Assembly (NCBI GenBank): GCA_964016885.1
Contig: OZ024742.1
Span: 170,872,001 to 170,936,000, forward strand
Source of the DNA: Eledone cirrhosa
Lineage: Eukaryota
Direction: 5' to 3'
Length of the DNA stretch: 64,000 nt
Within the stretch, counting starts at the first letter, position 1. Every line of letters starts with the position of its first letter. The notes beneath the pieces are model-generated. The model did not search any database. It was not told where the DNA came from and saw only the letters and a list, made by a program, of their open reading frames with translations. This document shows, one piece after another, positions 54,684-64,000 of this stretch. The position numbers and the translations under genes were made by a program.

Positions 54684-55224
54684 GATTTAAGAATAGAAAA
54701 TCGTATTCACCTGACAAAAATTTCCTATTACCTCAAAAATTATTTTTCTTAAATTATCACTTTAAAATATTTCTAAATAATGAAAATATTGTCTGTTTAA
54801 AGAAAGCTAAATATAAATATTTACTCTACAAACGATTCGTATTTTTCAAATCATATTCACTTATAAAATACTTTTTGATAATTAAAAAAAAAATTAGCGT
54901 ATTCACTTGTAAATAGTTTTAAAAACAATTAAAATATTATCTGTGCAAAGAAGGCTAAAATATAAACACTTACAGTGTGAACAACTTTTGGAAATCACAT
55001 TCACTTAAAAATATTTCTAAATAATTAAAATATTTTTTGCATAATGAAAATATTTATTTAAGATTTACGCCAAAATTGTTTTATCCCCTTTGTATTCCAA
55101 TTACGGAATATTTTCCCATTATGCACCGTTTTGGCTATTTACGAAGGTAGAGAAAGTGTGTGCAAGCAAACAAACAAACAATAAAGATCAGAGTTGGGTC
55201 ACCGATATTTCAAAGTACGCGAGA

Positions 55225-55487
55225 AATATATATATTGCCTGTACAGATAATCAAAGTGTGTATACATTTTTCGGGGACATCATATATATATATACTGGGG
55301 CCTCTAAAAATGTATACACCATTCTAATATATATATTGCCCGTACAGGTAATCAAAGGGTGTATGCATTTTTCGGGGACACCATATATATATATATATAT
55401 ATACCGGGGTCCCTAAAAATGTATACACCATTCTAATATATATATTGCCCGTACAGGTAATCAAAGGGTGTATGCATTTTTCGGGGA

Positions 55488-55572
<85 letters not shown>

Positions 55573-55871
55573 GGGGTCCCTAAAAATGTATACACCATTC
55601 TAATATATATATTGCCTGTACAGATAATCAAAGTGTGTATACATTTTTCGGGGACATCATATATATATATATATATATATATACCTGGGTCTGAAAAATG
55701 TATACACCATTCTAATATATATATTGCCTGTACAGGTAATCAAAGTGTGTATACATTTTTCGGGGACACCATATATATATATATATACCTGGGTCCCTAA
55801 AAATGTATACACCATTCTAATATATATATTGCCCGTACAGGTAATCAAAGTGTGTATACATTTTTCGGGGA

Positions 55872-55912
<41 letters not shown>

Positions 55913-56202
55913 GGGGTCCCTAAAAATGTATACACCATTCTAATATATATATTGCCTGTACAGATAATCAAAGTGTGTATACATTTTTCGGGGACATCAT
56001 ATATATATATATATACCGGGGTCCCTAAAAATGTATACACCATTCTAATATATATATTGCCCGTACAGGTAATCAAAGTGTGTATAAATTTTTTGGGGAC
56101 ACCATATATATATATATACCGGGGTCCCTAAAAATGTATACACCATTCTAATATATATATTGCCCGTACAGGTAATCAAAGTGTGTATACATTTTTCGGG
56201 GA

Positions 56203-56245
<43 letters not shown>

Positions 56246-58510
56246 GGGGTCCCTAAAAATGTATACACCATTCTAATATATATATTGCCTGTACAGATAA
56301 TCAAAGTGTGTATACATTTTTCGGGGACATCATATATATATATATATACCGGGGTCCCTAAAAATGTATACACCATTCTAATATATATATTGCCCGTACA
56401 GGTAATCAAAGTGTGTATAAATTTTTCGGGGACACCATATATATATATATACCGGGGTCCCTAAAAATGTATACACCATTCTAATATATATATTGCCCGT
56501 ACAGGTAATCAAAGTGTGTATACATTTTTCGGGGACACCATATATATATATATACCGGGGTTCCTTAAAATGTATACACCATTCTAATATATATATTGCC
56601 CGTACAGGTAATCAAAGTGTGTATATATTTTTCGGGAACATCATATATATATATATATATATATATACCGGGGTCCCTAAAAATGTATACACCATTCTAA
56701 TATATATATTGCCTGTACAGGTAATCAAATTGTGTATACATTTTTCGGGGACACCATATATATATATATACCTGGGTCCTGAAATATGTATACACCATTC
56801 TAATATATATATTGCCCGTACAGGTAATCAAAGTGTGTATACATTTTTCGGGGACATCATATATATATATATATATACCTGGGTCCTGAAAAATGTATAC
56901 ACCATTCTAATATATATATTGCCTGTACAGGTAATCAAAGTGTGTATACATTTTTTGGGGACACCATATATATATATATATATACCCGGGTCCTGAAAAA
57001 TGTATACACCATTCTAATATATATATTGGTTGTACAGAAAATCAAAGTGTGTATACATTTTTTCGGGACACCATATATTTATATATATATACTGGGGTCC
57101 CTAAAAATGTATACACCATTCTAATATATATATTGCCTGTACAGGTAATGAAAGTGTGTATACATTTTTCGGGGACAACATATATATATATATACCGGGG
57201 TCCCTAAAAATGTATACATCATTCTAATATATATATTGCCTGTACAGGTAATCAAAGTGTGTATACATTTTTCGGGGACACCATATATATATATACCGGG
57301 GTCCCTAAAAATGTATACACCATTCTAATATATATATTGCCTATACAGGTAATCAAAGTGTGTATACATTTTTCGGGGACACCATATATATATACCGGGG
57401 TCCCTAAAAATCTATACATTCTAATATATATATTGCCTGTACAGGTAATCAAAGTGTGTATACATTTTTCGGGGACACCATATATATATACCGGGGTCCC
57501 TAAAAATGTATACACCATTCTAATATATATATTGCCTGTACAGGTAATCAAAGTGTGTATACATTTTTCGAGGACACCATATATATATATATATATATAT
57601 ACCGGGGTCCCTAAAAATGTATACATCATTCTAATATATATATTGCCTGTACAGGTAATCAAAGTGTGTATACATTTTTCGGGGACACCATATATATATA
57701 TATATATACCGGGGTCCCTAAAAATGTATACACCATTCTAATATATATATTGCCTGTACAGGTAATCAAAGTGTGTATACATTTTTCGGGGACACCATAT
57801 ATATATATACCGGGGTCCCTAAAAATGTATACATCATTCTAATATATATATTGCCTGTACAGGTAATCAAAGTGTGTATACATTTTTCGGGGACACCATA
57901 TATATATATACCTGGGTCCTGAAAAATGTATACACCATTCTAATATATATATTGGTTGTACAGAAAATCAAAGTGTGTATACATTTTTCCGGAACACCAT
58001 ATATTTATATATATATACTGGGGTCCCTAAAAATGTATACACCATTCTAATATATATATTGGCTGTACAGGTAATCAAAGTGTGTATACATTTTTAGGGG
58101 ACACCATATATATATACCGGGGTCCCTAAAAATCTATACATTCTAATATATATATTGCCTGTACAGGTAAACAAAGTGTGTATACATTTTTCGGGGACAC
58201 CATATATATATATATACCGGGGTCCCTAAACATGTATACACCATTCTAATATACATATTGCCTGTACAGGTAATCAAAGTGTGTATAGATTTTTCGGGGA
58301 CACCATATATATATATACCGGGGTCCCTAAAAATGTATACACCATTCTAATATATATATTGCCTGTACAGGTAATCAAAGTGTGTATACATTTTTCGGGG
58401 ACGCCATATATATATATACCGGGGTCCCTAAAAATGTATACACCATCCTAACAAATAATGCATGTATAGGCAATCAAAGTGGGTATACATTTTTGGGGGA
58501 CAACCTGTAT
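55225..58510. repeat. 31-copy satellite of a ~90-bp Tc1/mariner-like MITE separated by (TA)n
   Basis: Each unit has TIRs TA-ccggggtccctaaaaatgtatacac / gtgtatacatttttcggggacacca-TA. The last unit ends ggggacaacctg-TA (CAGGTTGTCCC on the reverse strand). Confidence 0.88.
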
Positions 58511-58689
58511 ATACGCAAATATGAACATATATATAGAGAGAAAGTGTGTGCAAGCAAGTAAGCAAGGAACATCGAGATCAGAGTTTTAGTAGTATATAGA
58601 TATATACGAGTATATACATATATATGTATATATATACATTTTCACATGCACATATACATATATATGTGTACATATATATATATAATAAA

Positions 58690-58935
58690 CTAGCAGATTT
58701 ACCCGGCGTTGCTCGGGGTTTGAAATTATGCTAAGAATATACAGCTAGGAAGAAACGGAACACGTGATTTTTCCTTGTAGTTATATAGAAGCATAGGCGG
58801 TGAATTGGCAGAGTCGCTAGAACGTCGGATAGAATGTTTCATGGTTTTCGATCCGGCTCTCTGTTCTCAGAGTTCAAATCCCGCCGAGGTCAACTTTGCC
58901 TTCCATCCTTTTGAGGTCGATAAAATAAGTACCAG
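58690..58935. mobile_element. Helitron 3' end (minus) followed by a SINE (plus, 58795-58935)
   Basis: a-ctag-cagattta-cccggcgttgctcggg hairpin is the reverse complement of the 62730-62757 end; SINE A/B boxes follow. Confidence 0.65.
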
Positions 58936-59470
58936 TCTATATCTCTTTCTCATTTCCTCTTGCTCACTTTCTTTCTCTGGAAGAAATCTGCTTATTCATG
59001 TCTGGAAAGAGATGGGCTCCGCCTGGCTTAAAATGCCTCAGAAAAGCCGTATGTCAATACGGCGCCTCTACGACTCTATCAGGAGTTACGGGACCATGCA
59101 TACAATAAAATATAGAAGCGTGGACAAAGCATGGCCAAATGGTTAATCCACTTCGCAATCATTAGATCCCACATTCAATTCGACTGCCTGTCATCTTGGC
59201 CAACTATTATTTACCATAGCCTCAGGCCAAGCAATGTCTCCTAAGTGAAATAAATCATTAATCGTTGAGTCACTGCTCCGAGCCTGTTAGACAAATATAG
59301 CGATTATATAATATATATGATAATTGAAGCCTGAGTATGGTGATTTTTTTTACTTTTTGTATTTGTCTTATATTAGCCTTAGTTTTTGTAGAAACATGTG
59401 TTAGAAAAATAGACGTTTATTCTTTGTAGTTATTCACACGCATACACACAAACATACATATACATATGTG

Positions 59471-59551
<81 letters not shown>

Positions 59552-59554
59552 TAC

Positions 59555-59622
<68 letters not shown>

Positions 59623-59716
59623 TAGCTGAGGTACCCAGCTTCACCAAGGTTAACAAATAAGAGAAGACTGGCAGAAGAGAAAATGTCTGTATTGAATGCA
59701 TTGTCTTGTCTTGTGT

Positions 59717-59777
<61 letters not shown>

Positions 59778-60706
59778 ATATATATGTGTGTGTGCCTGTG
59801 TGAGGGTTCGTGTGTATTTGTGTGTGTAATCCACCGTTGGAATCGGAGACAGGCCGCGAAATACGATCATCACTGACAACGAACTTGCAGAGAGAATCCC
59901 TTATGGTTGATTCCCAACCTGCTAGAAATAGCAGTCAGATTGGTTAGCATACGTGGTATGTCTTTCTTCTTCTTTGGTGTTATAAAATTAGTATCAATAA
60001 ACTTTGCTGGGTATACTCTTATCCCAATCCTGTACATACTTTCCGATTGTCACTTTTCGTTTTTTTTCGTGTGATACGCGAAGGAACCAGCCAACAAACA
60101 TTTCTCTTTTATATCTCTTTTATTTGTTCATTCAAAATATCTTTCAGCTAATTCTGTCGTACAATATACATCAGCAATCGTTATCTAATGTTTAAAACTT
60201 ATGAATAGTTGTGATATATGCACCATATCAATCAAAAACGATATGAGAATTGAATACGATACTAAAGCGCCAGTAAGCTTGCTAAGAACCTGCAGATAGA
60301 AATGTTAATAAATACATTTGGCTTGGGTAAACTTTAAGATGTTCTTTCATTGTAGGTTTCTTTTCTCCTTCTCTCCTTCCTCTCCTCTTCCTTAGCTCTC
60401 ACACTAGAGCATCCTACATTCAATTAACCATGGTTTTCCCAGATAAAGGCCAGCCACTTTTAGGGTTTTACCCTGAGCTTTGTTGATGGTAATCGCAAGC
60501 TTAGTCTCTCTGTTGCTCTAGTAACATTTTTTCTTCTGGAAAATCTGATCTTGCGGCCAGGCTAGGACTTTTTGGGTGGCATATCGGCAGTAACAATGAC
60601 GATAAGCCGTCTGTGCTTTCGTGAAATAAATCCGTTTGTTTATGTTTTGTTTTGTGTATGCAAAAATATCTGTACACGAATATATAATTATATATATATA
60701 TATCTA

Positions 60707-61945
60707 TATTACCATCTACTACCGCTTGACCGTCGTGTTTTGTTCAGCCAAAACGCTCGCCAAAATGGAGCGCGCGCTCTTCCAATTCCTTTGGAAGAGG
60801 CGGGCTCCTTTGGTGAGAAGATCCATCTGCTGCCAACGCCCTTCCAACGGAGGGCTGGGGATGCCGTGGCTGACGATGCGCAAACACGCGCTCAGGCTGC
60901 GGCATCTCTACGTATTCCTCACCGGACAACCGGTGTGGGCCCCGTTCGTGAGGCGAGTCTTCCCACGACTCGTCTTGCTGACCGAGCTGCAGTCCTGGGT
61001 CAAGCAAAGACCGAGGAAAATGGGCGACTGGCACATCAAATGTGCTCAGGCGCTCACAGCCCTCTGGCAGGCGGACCCGGCGATCAGTGGAGACTCCACT
61101 TCGTCATTCTATAGAGGGTTGATCCGCAGCAAGGGCGACGACGTTCTCGGTGAAACTCTGGGCGTAGAGGAAGACGAACTGGCCAGTCTGTTCGGTAGGA
61201 CCTTATGCCCGGGACCGATGGACAACTTCCCAAAGTCCCTGGCCTGGCAGTGCTACCAAGGAGCTCTACAGACATGGGCGCCCGGGTAGGGATCCTGCAA
61301 AAAAGATCTCTCCGAGGTGCGTACGAGACGAAGAAACCGTCGCGCACGCATTCATACACTGCCCGGGCGTCACCGACCTGTGGGGCTATGTGGAACTATT
61401 GTCGCGGGTGGGACCAATCCAGTTGACTACCGAGTCCATTGTCATGATCAAACCGCCAGCCTGCTTCAAAAACGAAGGAGAGGCGGTTTTCCTTTGTGTG
61501 ATAGCTATGGCGAAAGAGGTTGTATGGTGGACAAGGTTGAAAAGGCTGAGGTCAGACACCTTTCTCTCCGGCCAACAACTGATTCTTTTTTTCAAATACC
61601 ACTTTGGAAGAAGAATCAGGATGGAGAGAGAGGTGCTGTACCCCAGCAAGTTTTATGAAAGGTGGGTGAAAGTGGCGAGAATGGCCCGAGTGAATGGGCC
61701 TTCTCTCTATATCAGGAAAAAGAGGAGGAGAGGAAAGGAGTACAAACTAATCGTACTCCTGGAGATGAGTGTTGCACATTTTTTTTCGGGGGTATGTGTT
61801 ACCCATATGTAATGTCTCCCCCTATTGGGGAAAATCGATTCATTTTTAAATTGCATTTGTGATAATATTTTACGTTTTTATTGTATGTAAACTTCTCCCG
61901 TTGTATTTGTCCCCTTCTTTTGTGCCCCTGTGGCTAATAAAGAAA
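60707..61945 (+). pseudogene. Tx1/L1-clade LINE 3' fragment
   Basis: FQFLWK....VRRSICCQRPSNGGLGMPWL (post-RT motif), KSLAWQCY.GAL, RC...EETVAHAFIHCP zinc knuckle. Ends with aataaag before AT-rich sequence. Confidence 0.8.
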
Positions 61946-61946
61946 C

Positions 61947-62925
<979 letters not shown>

Positions 62926-63196
62926 AGGAATGTCGTATAACCGGAAGTGTTGACATTTGAAATTTTAAAGAAGTGAATATTTAAATAATGTCTTTAATCT
63001 TTTAACAAAATTCAGTAGACAAAAATAGCCTCACTTTCTTACTTTGAAAAAGTTACATCTATGGTGCAAATTTGGTGCCGTTTGGTCTAGCCGCATTGGC
63101 AAAATTTTGTTACTTACATACGGTCGTCAGCTTTATAGTATAGATACGTATGTGTGTATGTTTGTGTGTGCGCGTGTGTATATACATATATATATG

Positions 63197-63254
<58 letters not shown>

Positions 63255-63436
63255 AAAAAATGAGATGTCGTACACGAGTGAAAGTATAAGGAAAAAAGAT
63301 GAGATCGAAAATGCAACTCGAGTCTTTTTAAGAATATTTACTTGTTTCCGTTACCGGTTTCACAGTTCTTATGCTTTTCAAAAGTAGAAATGAGATGGAG
63401 GGTATGTGGTTTATTAGGTTCACGCTCTTGAGAGTG

Positions 63437-63483
<47 letters not shown>

Positions 63484-64000
63484 TGTAGGTATTACGGTGA
63501 AATACTGGTGTTGGTTCCAAATCAAGCACTAAATGCACAGGCAGATCGAAACTGGAGTCGGGTCCATCACTCCTATGGATCATCTTGAGCCAATCCTCTG
63601 CGTAACAGGTCGATACGCAATAAACATTTTTCATATGTAAACGAAACTTCCTCGTTTTTTCTATTATATATATATATATATTTAAATATAGTATATTAGT
63701 ATACATATATATACATGTTTTATAGACATTAATTGAGTCCACACGTCAGAAGAGTACATAGATTCTGGAGTCAGGTCTTTCACATCCATGAGAATTTCGA
63801 GCCAATTATCTATGAAACATTTCTAACTGTCGATATAAAATAAAACAATTTTAACATGAAAATTCGTTATATCATACTTTATATAAATAATATACCACAG
63901 CATTGACTGCTCACACTGCTGCCTGTAGTAATCAACAAAATTACAGATCGAGCCTTGAACTGATCAATGGCGAAACGCGCCTCACTACTCAATAATCGTA

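Larger units (their letters stand above)
49485..58600 (-). mobile_element. Composite Helitron, 9.1 kb, both termini present
   Basis: 5' A|TCtatatactactaaaactc at 58600; 3' hairpin gtgaccc-aac-gggtcac (49496-49512) followed by CTAG|T (49485-49488). Contains a Rep/Hel gene and a satellite. Confidence 0.92.

Noticed and set aside
53862-54685. Plus-strand ORFs and alternative minus frame over the 69-bp repeat
   Set aside because: They are open only because the unit length is a multiple of three; they are shadows of the Helitron gene.

Overview
AT-rich, microsatellite-dense eukaryotic intergenic or intronic DNA. The SINE families and the (TA)n/(CA)n load suggest a cephalopod (octopus-like) genome; this is an inference. 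No host-gene exon could be supported, and most ORFs in the track are artefacts of simple repeats. Real coding content is all transposon-derived: a Penelope-like (PLE) RT+GIY-YIG ORF (41832-43829), three isolated PLE GIY-YIG fragments, a disrupted Helitron Rep/Pif1-helicase inside a 9.1-kb composite Helitron, a Chapaev3-type transposase, and decayed RTE, HERO-like and Tx1/L1 LINEs, plus many tRNA-derived SINEs. Hand-folding reveals about 17 type I hammerhead ribozyme (HHR) motifs, intact, variant or decayed. They sit in short PLE-tail-like modules that mostly abut (TA)n tracts, often as head-to-head inverted pairs. Main highlights: (i) the 50-bp satellite at 1-1400 is an amplified 5' half of a hammerhead, and only the last unit is completed into a full ribozyme; (ii) the Helitron carries a 31-copy satellite whose monomer is a tiny Tc1/mariner-type MITE; (iii) natural HHR core variants (U3-A8, A4) are present. 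All RNA structures were derived by eye and need covariance-model and cleavage-assay confirmation.
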